Under the pieces are notes generated by a model, which was not told the DNA's origin, ran no database searches, and saw only the letters and a program-made list of their open reading frames with translations. Below, one piece after another: positions 1 through 10,813 of a stretch of DNA of 64,000 nt (positions within the stretch are counted from its first letter, which is position 1; every line of letters begins with the position of its first letter). The translations under genes and the position numbers were made by a program. Origin of the DNA: Macrostomum hystrix (lineage: Eukaryota; Animalia; Platyhelminthes); contig CATNEN010000014.1 of the NCBI GenBank assembly GCA_950097015.1, forward strand, positions 2,170,001-2,234,000, given 5' to 3'.

Positions 1-379
1 GTACATGGGTTTTTTGCATGTTCCGTGATCAGAATCCTAGAGGGATTCTAGATCTAGTACTTGACGGCTGAGTCTCTCCGATGCAGAGTCGGTTATTGAT
101 TTTATTTATTTATTGGAAAGCCGAATTGCTATATGACAGGTTCAGTGCAGTAGTTAACAACTATTTCTAGGTCTTCAGCGACCGTGAAAACTTAGTTTAA
201 TCAAATAAGTGATGAGCTGATGTGAATCAGCGGCAGTTATTGCAATATCGCATTTTGCTTGTACAGCAAATCTGTTGAAATAGTCATCTAAGTATGCTTG
301 CTGTATTTAGAATTAGAGCTGAATTTAAATCTGTTAAATGAGTGCGTTGACCATTTAATGTATGCGAATTGCATTTTAG

Positions 380-1134
380 GCGCAGTCCTTCCTACTCGGA
401 TCGCAGTCGCAGTCGTTCGCCGCCTCCGCGTAGGCGCAGGTGAGTCCTAATCGGAAATAAACTTTTTTGAGCTTAACTGCTGCAGTTTGTTCTAGACATT
501 TGCACTACGTATAGAAAAAAATAATTACAAGCACCAACCGATATGTATCGAAATTGTTCCCTCACAGTAATGATCCTTCCGCAGGCTACAACAGTGCGAT
601 GTTGTAGCCTTGTGGTTAGAGCGTCGGACTCACGACTTGAAAGTTCGGGGGTTCGAATCTCGACTCCACTTAACCAATTGTGTCCTTTAGCAAGACACTT
701 AACTCTGCATTGCTTCAGTTCACCCAGTTGTTAATTGGGTACCAGCATCAGCTGGGATAATTGAAGGTGGGTGTGGCGTCCAGCCGTACGCAGCCTTCAG
801 ATGCGCCGCGCAATAGCTGTGGCGGTGCTGTCGGCTGCACATCTGGCCCAATCGGACAGGTGTAATCAATTATTCAATTATTATTCCTTCACAATACCTT
901 ATAGGTTCCAGTTATCTGCTCACTGGGGACCACAGATACATTTTAGTCAACCGAATCAACCTATATGTGTCGAAATACGTATACGTATACAGTTTAGTTA
1001 GACACCGATATGTATCGAAATACGTATACAGTATAGTCAAAAACCGATACGTATCGAAACATTTAGCGCAAATCGCTATTTAATAACAAAACGAAAATTT
1101 CAGGTCCCGCAGCGGAAGCAGCAACTCCCGCTGA
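380..1134 (+). CDS. 3' end of an SR / RS-domain splicing-factor-like gene (last two coding exons; upstream exons not identified, probably outside window)
   Basis: Exon 380-439 (ttttag|G...CAG|gtgagt) reads RSPSYSDRSRSRSPPPRRR; exon 1104-1134 (tttcag|G) continues in matching phase 2 as RSRSGSSNSR-stop. AATAAA at 1625-1630. Confidence 0.75.
595..890 (+). mobile_element. tRNA-derived SINE with CORE-like central domain, copy 1 (in SR-gene intron)
   Basis: A-box-like TAGCCTTGTGG, B-box GGTTCGAATC, then TGTGTCCTTTAGCAAGACACTTAAC resembling the MIR/CORE motif; ends CAGGTGTAATCAAT plus ATT-rich tail; homologous to 23013-23310 and 45176-45428. Confidence 0.8.
958..1060. repeat. short degenerate tandem of CCGATATGTATCGAAA-containing units
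   Basis: Three related units with the near-palindrome CGATA(T/C)GTATCG; same motif at 538, 35181 and 53670. Confidence 0.65.
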
Positions 1135-2048
1135 AACGGCAGATCCCATGGAGTCCGTGCGATCTCCTTTAGTGGCCTCCATATTTGGAGACTGATTTGA
1201 AATCGACTTTAAACCGTTTTTGTCGCACTCTCGTCTATAAGTGTGTTTAGTCCTTACAAGCCTCTATAACACTGATATCCGTGTGCCCTGAGTTGCCGCC
1301 TCCCTGTTCGCTTGTTTGTGTTGTTTCTTCTCTTCTCTCAAAAGTTTAATCAAGCAAAAGTGTTGTCGCACGCTTTGGCTGAGTTGTTGATAAATCCCAA
1401 TACTTTTTTGTTCAATCGGCAGGCGAGCCTATTTACCGCTTTATAGAAGTCTGCAAAACTGTATTTATCCCAGCATTCTTATCACATTCTATTCTTATCT
1501 TTGTCTCGCGCACTCTTTAATCGAAATGTTTTAACTATTAGTTATCACTTCTACTACTTTTAGTAAAACTACTGTTGAAATATGAGTAGTATAGTGCGTC
1601 TCAGAAGTGCTTTTCCTTGATATTAATAAAATTAAACAGCAATTTGTTATGGATTAATATCTGCTGCACATGCCCTTAAGACCGCTTTTTAGCAATTGTC
1701 AATCCTTTTTGAAGCAGCAATTCTCTTTTGTTTCTGACTGATGTTTTAACTGCGCGTTCCAAATTCCAAATGCCCCATCCCATTTTCGGCCTTTGAAGTT
1801 AAATCGTAATTGCTGGTCTTATCTAATCTTCAACTTTAGCTAATGCAAAACTAATAACTAAATCACCGAAATGAAAGCTTGTACTAAATTCTGTTGTTAA
1901 ATAAGCCGTGGCACCTACGTACAAAATTGACACCGAAAACTCAAACAGTTTATTGTCAGCAGCCAAGCCTTGATTCGGTTTCTTCATTTTTTGTGTTTGC
2001 TACAGACGTATTTTCTCAGTTCAATCTCAGTCTCTGTTCTCAGTAAAT

Positions 2049-3216
2049 GAGTGCAGTTGTTCCTGTGAGAGTGCAAGAGTACAGTTGTTCCTGTGAGAGT
2101 GCAAGAGTACAGTTGTTCCTGTGAGAGTACAAGAGTGCAGTTTTTCCTGTGAGAGTGCAAGAGTGCAGTTGTTCCTGTGAGAGTGCAAGAGTACAGTTGT
2201 TCCTGTGAGAGTGCAAGAGTACAGTTGTTCCTGTGAGAGTGCAAGAGTACAGTTGTTCCTGTGAGAGTGCAAGAGTGCAGTTGTTCCTCTGAGAGTGCAA
2301 GAGTACAGTTGTTCCTGTGAGAGTACAAGAGTGCAGTTGTTCCTGTGAGAGTGCAAGAGTACAGTTGTTCCTGTGAGAGTACAAGAGTGCAGTTGTTCCT
2401 GTGAGAGTGCAAGAGTGCAGTTGTTCCTGTGAGAGTGCAAGAGTACAGTTGTTCCTGTGAGAGTACAAGAGTGCAGTTTTTCCTGTGAGAGTGCAAGAGT
2501 ACAGTTGTTCCTGTGAGAGTACAAGAGTACAGTTGTTCCTGTAAGAGTGCAAGAGTGCAGTTGTTCCTGTAAGAGTACAAGAGTGCAGTTGTTCCTGTAA
2601 GAGTACAAGAGTGCAGTTGTTCCTGTAAGAGTACAAGAGTGCAGTTGTTCCTGTAAGAGTACAAGAGTGCAGTTGTTCCTGTAAGAGTACAAGAGTGCAG
2701 TTGTTCCTGTAAGAGTACAAGAGTACAGTTGTTCCTGTGAGAGTACAAGAGTACAGTTGTTCCTGTAAGAGTGCAAGAGTACAGTTGTTCCTGTGAGAGT
2801 GCAAAAGTACAGTTGTTCCTGTGAGAGTGCAAAAGTACAGTTGTTCCTGTGAGAGTGCAAGAGTGCAGTTGTTCCTGTGAGAGTGCAAGAGTACAGTTGT
2901 TCCTGTGAGAGTGCAAGAGTGCAGTTGTTCCTGTGAGAGTACAAGAGTACAGTTGTTCCTGTGAGAGTGCAAGAGTACAGTTGTTCCTGTGAGAGTACAA
3001 GAGTGCAGTTGTTCCTGTGAGAGTGCAAGAGTACAGTTGTTCCTGTGAGAGTACAAGAGTGCAGTTGTTCCTGTGAGAGTGCAAGAGTACAGTTGTTCCT
3101 GTGAGAGTGCAAGAGTACAGTTGTTCCTGTGAGAGTACAAGAGTACAGTTGTTCCTGTGAGAGTGCAAGAGTACAGTTTTTCCTCTGTACATCAGCGCAT
3201 GAGTGCAGTTGTTCCT
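2049..3216. repeat. 28-bp minisatellite (CAGTTGTTCCTGTGAGAGTGCAAGAGTA), about 40 copies
   Basis: Direct inspection; explains the 28-aa-periodic ORFs on the minus strand. Confidence 0.97.
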
Positions 3217-3226
3217 CAGGAAGTGT

Positions 3227-4153
3227 ATGCGTGAACGTCATACCATACTGTGGCAAAATCAGCCACGCAGCTTGTTCCCGATCGTTGCTGGGGTGGGCAG
3301 TCAGTCACTGGCTGCAAACAGAGCCTTGGGCTTTTTAACGGCCAGCCAACACCGCCGCCTTCCCCAGCCTGCTCAGCTCCTCGGCGGTCCTGCAGCTGCG
3401 GCTCTCTGCGCCGCATTCAGCCCTAGCCGCAGCCGCCGCCTGTTTGCCAGCGTCTCCTCGGCCCTCCGCTGCCCGCAGTCGGCTGACGGCTGGCGTGGCC
3501 TGCTCAGCCGCATGCTGTTCTCCGACCAGGACAGCCAGTCGACCGGCTCCGCGATGTCCCTGTGGCAGCGAGATAGCGGCCCCGACATCGCCTTCGCCTG
3601 GGAGGTGCTGCTGCCGGACGCTGACGGCTGCGAGCAGTGCGCTCTGGTCTTCGCCAACTCGCCCCTGGCCTACCCCATCAGCAACCGGCGCCAGCTGGAG
3701 GTCCTGGTAACCTCCAGCTGCGTTCCGCTGCCCGACCTGCGCCTGCTGTCAGTTTCGCTCAGCAGGAACCACGCACAGGCCCGCTGGTTCCGCCACCTGC
3801 AGCGCCTGACCCGGCTTGAGTCGCTCAGCCTCATTGGCTGCGGCAGCCTCAAAGGCGACGCCTTCATGCGCTACCTGGCCGCCTCACCTGACAGCCTGCG
3901 CGAGCTGCACCTGTGCGGGGTGGACTGCCTCACTGCTGGCCGCCTCCGGTCCCTGGCCTGCCTGCAGCAGCTGCGCCTGCTGAAGCTCTCCCGCCTGCTG
4001 TCTGTTGAGCCCGAGGACCTGCCCGGCCTGGCTGAGCACCTGAGCCAGCGAATGCCCAAAACGAAGGTCGTCTGCGAGCTGGGCCGCGGCCTGTCTGGCG
4101 CAGACGATTCGCAGCCTAATCAGCGACCTGCACAAGAGAAACCTGCCCCGTGA
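3227..4153 (+). CDS. DMAC2: DMAC2/ATP5SL (ATP synthase subunit s-like) mitochondrial LRR-type protein, single coding exon, about 308 aa
   Basis: GPDIAFAWEVL, LQRLTRLESLSLIGC, SPDSLRELHLCGV and LQQLRLLKLSRLLSV...MPKTKVV match my recollection of DMAC2/ATP5S motifs (GPxIAxAxxVL; ADSLQELSL; LxxLxxLxLSxLP.V..LP.xEV). Arg/Ser/Leu-rich N-terminus. ATG 3227 follows acceptor ttgttcctcag|G; true start uncertain. Confidence 0.7.
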   Translation: MRERHTILWQNQPRSLFPIVAGVGSQSLAANRALGFLTASQHRRLPQPAQLLGGPAAAALCAAFSPSRSRRLFASVSSALRCPQSADGWRGLLSRMLFSDQDSQSTGSAMSLWQRDSGPDIAFAWEVLLPDADGCEQCALVFANSPLAYPISNRRQLEVLVTSSCVPLPDLRLLSVSLSRNHAQARWFRHLQRLTRLESLSLIGCGSLKGDAFMRYLAASPDSLRELHLCGVDCLTAGRLRSLACLQQLRLLKLSRLLSVEPEDLPGLAEHLSQRMPKTKVVCELGRGLSGADDSQPNQRPAQEKPAP

Positions 4154-4875
4154 TGCCCTCTTATTGGGCAGATTCGTGGACATCAGCTCTTGCAGTCTTC
4201 TTTCACATTGTAAATACACTGACGAAGCCGCTGTATAGTTTCTATACATGCTGGCTAAATCAGCTGCAAAACTGGACCTATTGAAACCGAATTGCTATTC
4301 TTTAGCTGCTTGTTTGGTGTGATAGCCCTGCCTCGGGCCCAGCAGGAAATTGATTAACAGCCTGCGTCCACTCTAACAGCTGCTCAGTCAGCTTGTCTCT
4401 GACCCGAGAGAGACAAGAAGCCGATAAGAACGCGGCTTCTTATCGCGGCCGGGCATCCCCCGAGCTTCCACTATGAGCTTAGAACTTAGAACCATGAGCC
4501 TCAGATGAATGCTCTGCTGTCTGAGAACTCTTGCCGAGATGGTGAAGGATTCACTGCCAGTCCTTGCTGCCTTCATCATTGATGCTATCTTTGCCAGTCG
4601 TTTGTGAGCTTGCGACTGCTGCTGTGTTTGACCTTGCCCCCAGTTTCACATCTGCCTTTCAGCTCCCAAGTCCTTAAGTTCATTAGCCATCTTATCACGT
4701 AATTGGAATCATTTGTCAACTAACCGGGGCATTTAACTTCAACCGTCATTTTCCCAGATCCTCAGATCGACTAGTCTTGTCAGATCCTAACGTACGTTGA
4801 CAAGCCATCTATTCCGCATGATTGATCATAAACTTTCTTCCCAAATGCCCAGTGTTTCATCCGGTGTCTCCCAGC

Positions 4876-5127
4876 TCCTCAGCTTCATCAGACATCTTAC
4901 CAGAGCCTCAGCTTCATCAGACATCTTACCAGAGCCTCAGCTTCATCAGACATCTTACCTGAGCCTCAGCTTCATCAGACATCTTACCTGAGCCTCAGCT
5001 TCATCAGACATCTTACCTGAGCCTCAGCTTCATCAGACATCTTACCAGAGCCTCAGCTTCATCAGACATCTTACCTGAGCCTCAGCTTCATTAGATATCT
5101 TACCTGAGCCTCAGCTTCATCAGACAT
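4876..5127. repeat. 29-bp minisatellite (CTCAGCTTCATCAGACATCTTACCAGAGC), about 8 copies
   Basis: Direct inspection. Confidence 0.93.
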
Positions 5128-5704
5128 TTTTCCAGTCTCATTAGCCGTCTTCAAGATCATCAGCTTGATCTGGAAGCCATCTTACCAGCTTCATCAGACA
5201 ACTTCCCAGCCATTGTGGCCAGCAATCCTAAAGCCAACGTTCGCAGTTGTCGATTTAAAAATGAGTTTTATTCGTCTAGACACTCGTTTTCTAATCTCGC
5301 AGAATATTCCTGTCTACTTCAGAGAGCGATTTCAAAATTTGAGTGTACTGTGAATTCTCTAAAAATACTGCTAAATGCGCACTGATTAATCTGCGCACCG
5401 GAGCAGCCAGCCCGCGGTGATCTAGCCCCAGTTTTTTTGCTGCATTCGTCGGGTCTGCATTGCAGCAAAAACTGCAGACTTCAGTCGTTCCGGGAAAGCG
5501 GCCCCTGGCGTGCTGCTTGTTTCTGCGCATCCGAATTGCAGTCTATGCACCTGGGTCCACAAGCTTACTGCAAAACAGTGTAAATACTAATTCTGCAATG
5601 GCTCTGTGCTTCTTTTCTCTTGATTTCCTTGGAAGACTTAATAAAAGCCTAAAGTGCACGAAAACTGCAAGCTTATATTTTTGGTTATGCCTAAGGCAGG
5701 AAGA

Positions 5705-6655
5705 CAGTGGAGTGCCAGTTGGAACACATGAGTGCCAGTTGGAACACATGAGTGCTAGATAGAACACTGGAGTGTCAGAGGAAGACAGATGAGTGTCGGA
5801 TAAAACACGGGTGTCAGAGGAAGACAGATGAGTGTCGGATAGAACACTGGGGTGTCAGAGGAAGACAGATGAGTGTCGGATAAAACACTGGGGTGTCAGA
5901 GGAAGACGAGTGTCAGATAAAACGCTGGAGTGCCAGATAAAACACTGGGGTGTCAGAGGAAGACAGGAGTGTCGGATAGAACACTGGGGTGTCAGATAAA
6001 ACGCTGGAGTGCCAGATAAAACACTGGGGTGTCAGAGGAAGACAGGAGTGTCGGATAGAACACTGGGGTGTCAGATAAAACACTAGAGTGCCAGAGGAAG
6101 ACACTGGAGTTTCGGAGGAAGACAGGAGTGTCGGATAGAACACTGGGGTGTCAGATAAAACACTGGGGTGTCAGAGGAAGACAGGAGTGTCGGATAGAAC
6201 ACTGGAGTGTCAGATAAAACACTGGAGTGCCAGAGGAAGACAGAGGAGTGTCAGATAGAACACTGGAGTGCCAGAGGAAGACACTGGAGTTTCGGAGGAA
6301 GACAGGAGTGTCGGATAGAACACTGGGGTGTCAGATAAAACACTGGGGTGTCAGAGGAAGACAGGAGTGTCGGATAGAACACTGGAGTGTCAGATAAAAC
6401 ACTGGAGTGCCAGAGGAAGACAGAGGAGTGTCAGATAAAACACTGGGGTGTCAGAGGAAGACAGGAGTGTCGGATAGAACACTGGAGTGTCAGATAAAAC
6501 ACTGGAGTGCCAGAGGAAGACAGAGGAGTGTCAGATAAAACACTGGGGTGTCAGAGGAAGACAGGAGTGTCGGATAGAACACTGGAGTGTCAGATAAAAC
6601 ACTGGAGTGTCAGAGGAAGACAGAGGAGTGTCAGATAGAACACTGGAGTGCCAGA
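5705..6655. repeat. complex ~19-20-bp minisatellite (GAGTGTCAGATAAAACACTG / GAGTGTCAGAGGAAGACAG variants)
   Basis: Alternating related monomers with higher-order repetition. Confidence 0.93.
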
Positions 6656-7067
6656 TAGCACAGAACAATCCAACTGGCAATTTCCCGCAACGATCGAACT
6701 GATCGAGACGAGACGCGGCAGGCTAAAGGCTCATTGTGAAGTGTCCTCTCGAGCTCCTGTCTGCCCGGCTTCTGTCGTCTCGATGCCCCTGTCTGGAGTT
6801 TGGTTCATTCTTGGAAAGTTAAAAGGCTGGCGGCCAGGCCGAGCATTCAATTAATATGCGCCAATCGTCTCCGCGGTCTGACAGATAATTGCCCCCGGAT
6901 TCTCGATCTATGAGGATAAATTTAATTGCATTCCCATCGTAGCGGATCAGCTGACTGGCAATATTCAATTATTGTGAGAGGCCCATGGAATGCTTCAGGG
7001 ATCTAAAATGATAAGGCGGTTTTGCTTCGCAGTAAGCTTCGAGTTCATGGTCGCTCTTCGAGCAGTC

Positions 7068-7385
7068 GTTTCCATGGCAACAGACCGCCCACAATGGGAT
7101 AAGCCGGGCCGCGCTGTGCAGAAATTCGATTTTATAAATCAGTTCAAACCGGATTATTGCCCTACCACAGCGCTGGTAGATGAGCTGAGTGAGTTCGGAG
7201 AGTGCAGATTACTCCTGTCTCTGCGCCTGTGGCAACCCGGCAGGCGATCGCTCATTGGTTGCCAGCTCGTTCAGTCCTGGCCAATGAGCGCTGCGCATGA
7301 AGGCCATCTATCTCATATAGATCGACTTATATTTAAGACGATATCAAAGGCGTTTAATCTATTGGAGCCTGAGAGACACCGGTGA
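7068..7385 (+). promoter_or_regulatory. candidate promoter / non-coding first exon: RFX X-box, two opposed CCAAT boxes, followed by a donor site
   Basis: GTTTCCATGGCAAC 7068-7081 (X-box consensus), ATTGG 7254-7258, CCAAT 7281-7285, TGCGCATG 7292-7299, CCG|GTGAGA at 7382. Target gene (possibly the FHL2-like gene) is inferred. Confidence 0.4.
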
Positions 7386-9111
7386 GACACTCGGGTAAAC
7401 CACTCAAGGAGCCTGTCAAAACTGCTATCGGTATGTCTAATGCCACATTACTGCAGGCTTGCAGTTGTTTGTTCTGTTCTCGCAATACTTTCTATCACAG
7501 ACGTAAAAGTACATGGACCCCCGAAACAGCCCCGAGATGGTATTTTGCTGCGCTGACATTTACAATGTAAAAGTGCTTGAAGGGCCCTGCGCGCACTTTT
7601 AACCGTCTGCCTGGAGCGCGGGATCAGCTGCAAATTGGCCCCACCCCCACTATGGGGGAATTGGGAGAATCGGCCTCCCATCGAAACCACGAATCCCCCT
7701 TGATGTGTTTATTCCCCAAACTGAATTGCCGCGCGGGGTGGCCACCAGTTGCAGCTGGGGTTGCTGCAGTTAAAGCCATTACTCCCGATTTATCCTCGAG
7801 GCTTTGTTGCCGTTCTAGAGTTCTAGAGTTCGCGTCTACTGACGCTGCAGCTTCGATTCGTTTACGATTTCTACCATAGACATATTCGGATACAAAATTT
7901 GGAACAAAAGCGTCACGCTTAGTAAAATAGTGGACTCGTGGTCCACTCATGAATCAGGGTCTCATTCATCATGAGACTTGCTCGGATACCTAGGCCTTTT
8001 TGTCGGACCCAATCCGGCCTATTGGCTATTAATTCGATGTATTTATTATTTAACTGGCCTAGGCCAGTCATTTAAAGGCCTAGTCCGGTCAAACATATAG
8101 TCTATGGTCACAGTTGCTGTAAACAGTTTTAGGTTTGCAATCTCGGGAGCCGGGCCAAGCTTTAGGATTAAATGCTGTAATACCCCCTGAAAACGTTGTC
8201 TATGGCCTAGGAACGGCCTAGGACGCGTTTCTTGGCCGAGGCGAAGACGAAATCAGGGGTATTATTCTATATTTCTCAAATCAAACTATAACATGAAGCC
8301 AAATATTAAAACGGTTTATTAGAGAAACATTTCCTCCCAAGCCATTTAGCTCTGAATAGGTCAGGTGTTAAAGCAATAACAGTTTGTTTCTGTGCAAGTT
8401 TCATATGGCTATAATTATGAGTTCTGGCAGAAAAGTCAAGCCGTTGTCCAATAATTAGTTATGCTAATTTCTTAGAACCACCAGAGCTTGACGCGTCTGG
8501 TGGTTCTGTTTAACCTGAATAAAACGCTGATTTATCTTTAGGTAAAAAAGCGAGTTAAGTCATGCAGCGACAAGGCGACGGGCGCCCGGCCTCAGGTTGT
8601 GAAGCCCTGCACTCACTCATTAGCGCGAACTGCTTGCTGTTTGCCAACCCGTTATCAGCCAGTTGAAGGAACTCGCCTGTTTGACTGCGTTTCGATAAAA
8701 TAGCAGATTGCTGAAAACAAATCATAAACACAATTTGGCAGGCAACTGGGGCATTGTGTTTGGCATGGCCGGAATAATGCAGGCCTCTGCCAGTCTGATT
8801 GCAGCCCAATTTCCCTTCCATTAATGGAAGCAAATCCCAAACCATGTTAAATAGGCCGAGTGCTGTTCGTCTGCCCGGCAGAACACACACAGCGGGAAAC
8901 CTGACCTTGGCGGTCTCCGGTTTCAGAGCTTTAAGAGTGACTTTGATGGCAGCGGCTGCGAGTTGCAGCTAAAAATATCACGAACCGATCTTGGGCCAGG
9001 ACTGGAGCTGGGACTAGAGCTGCGATTGGCTAACTCAGAGGCCCTCGAGGACAAAAATAAAATATCAAAAAGATAACAGCGAGCGGATATGAGAAAAAGG
9101 AGATATAACAC

Positions 9112-10735
9112 AGAGATGAGACGGGAGAGATGAGACAGGGGGGAGATGAGACAGGGGAGAGATCACACAGGGGGAGATAAGACAGGGGAGATGAGACAGT
9201 GGAGTGATGAGACAGGGGGAGATGAGACAGGGGAGAGATGAGACAGGGGAGAGATGAGACAGGGAGAGATGAGACAGGGAGAGATGAGACAGGGGAGAGA
9301 TGAGACAGGGGAGAGATGAGACAGGAGAGTGATGAGACAGGGGAGAGATGAGACAGTAGAAAGATCACACAGGGGGAGATGAGACAGGGGAGAGATGAGA
9401 CAGGGGAGTGATCAGACAGGGGGAGATGAGACAGGGGAGAGATGAGACAGTGGAGTGATGGGACAGGGGAGAGATCAGACAGATGGAGATGAGACAGGGG
9501 AGAGATGAGACAGGGGGAGATGAGACAGGGGGAGATGAGACAAGGGAGAGATGAGACAGGGGGAGATGAGACAGGGGGAGATGAGACAGATGAAAAAAGA
9601 CAGTGGAGTGATGAGACAGGGGGAGATGAGACAGGGGAGTGATGAGACAGGGGAGAGATGAGACAGGGAGAGATGAGACAGGGGGAGATGAGACAGGGGA
9701 GAGATGAGACAGGGGGAGATGAGACAGTGGAGTGATGTGACAGGGGAGAGATCAGACAGATGGAGATGAGACAGGGGAGAGATGAGACAGGGGGAGATGA
9801 GACAGGGGAGAGATGAGACAGGGGGAGATGAGACAAGGGAGAGATGAGACAGGGAGAGATGAGACAGGGGGAGATGAGACAGGGGGAGATGAGACAGATG
9901 AAAAAAGACAGTGGAGTGATGAGACAGGGTGAGGTGAGACAGGGGAGTGATGAGACAGGGGAGAGATGAGACAGGGGGAGATGAGACAGTGGAGTGATGA
10001 GACAGGGGAGAGATCAGACAGATGGAGATGTAACAGGGGAGAGATGAGACAGGGGGAGATGAGACAGGGGGAGATGAGACAAGGGAGAGATGAGACAGGG
10101 GGAGATGAGACAGGGGGAGATGAGACAGATGAAAAAAGACAGTGGAGTGATGAGACAAGGGGAAAATAAGATAGGGGAGTGATGAGACAGGGGAGAGATC
10201 AGACAGATGGAGATGAGACAGGGGAGAGATGAGACAGGGGGAGATGAGACAGGGGAGAGATGAGACAGGGGGAGATGAGACAAGGGAGAGATGAGACAGG
10301 GGGAGATGAGACAGATGAAAAAAGACAGTGGAGTGATGAGACAGGGGGAGATGAGACAGGGGAGTGATGAGACAGGGGAGAGATGAGACAGGGAGAGATG
10401 AGACAGGGGGAGATGAGACAGGGGAGAGATGAGACACGGGGAGATGAGACAGTGGAGTGATGAGACAGGGGAGAGATGAGACAGGGGAGTGATGAGACAG
10501 GGGAGTGATGAGACAGGGGAGTGATGAGACAGGGGAGTGATCAGACAGGGGGAGATGAGACAGGGGAGAGATGAGACAGGGGGAGATGAGACAGGGAGAG
10601 ATGAGACAGGGGGAGATGAGACAGGGAGAGATGAGACAGGGGGAGATGAGACAGGGGGAGATGAGACAGGGGGAGATGAGACAGGGGAGAGATCGGACAG
10701 GGGAGAGATGAGACAGGGGTGAGATCAGACAGATT
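9112..10735. repeat. purine-rich ~15-bp minisatellite (GGAGATGAGACAGGG variants)
   Basis: Direct inspection; recurring variant block GATGAAAAAAGACAGTGGAGTG shows higher-order duplication. Confidence 0.95.
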
Positions 10736-10813
10736 TGATTCCAAAATCTGAGCACGGATGAGGATCACATCCCCAACCTCATTCGCCAGCTCGCAGCAGC
10801 TCGCAGCAGCACA

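Noticed and set aside
595-680. tRNA gene calls for the SINE heads (also ~23013-23090 and ~45355-45428)
   Set aside because: A/B boxes are present, but acceptor and anticodon stems pair poorly and each head continues into the same SINE body.
4388-4620. 63-aa minus-strand ORF with two adjacent small hairpins (TTGTCTCT/AGAGACAA; AAGAAGCCG/CGGCTTCTT)
   Set aside because: No recognisable domain or splice context; 8-9-bp stems can arise by chance.
8190-8270. GAAACGCGTC on the minus strand (hammerhead stem III-like); also CTGACGAG at 24125, CTGACGA...GAAAC at ~25535-25580 and CTGATGAG at ~54427
   Set aside because: Each lacks one core half or has no pairing stem I/II in the required register.
8555-9111. 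Minus-strand ORFs and a possible exon pair (LQLAAAAIKVTLKALKPETAK / WDLLPLMEGK)
   Set aside because: The implied intron would be about 30 nt and there is no recognisable homology; unresolved.
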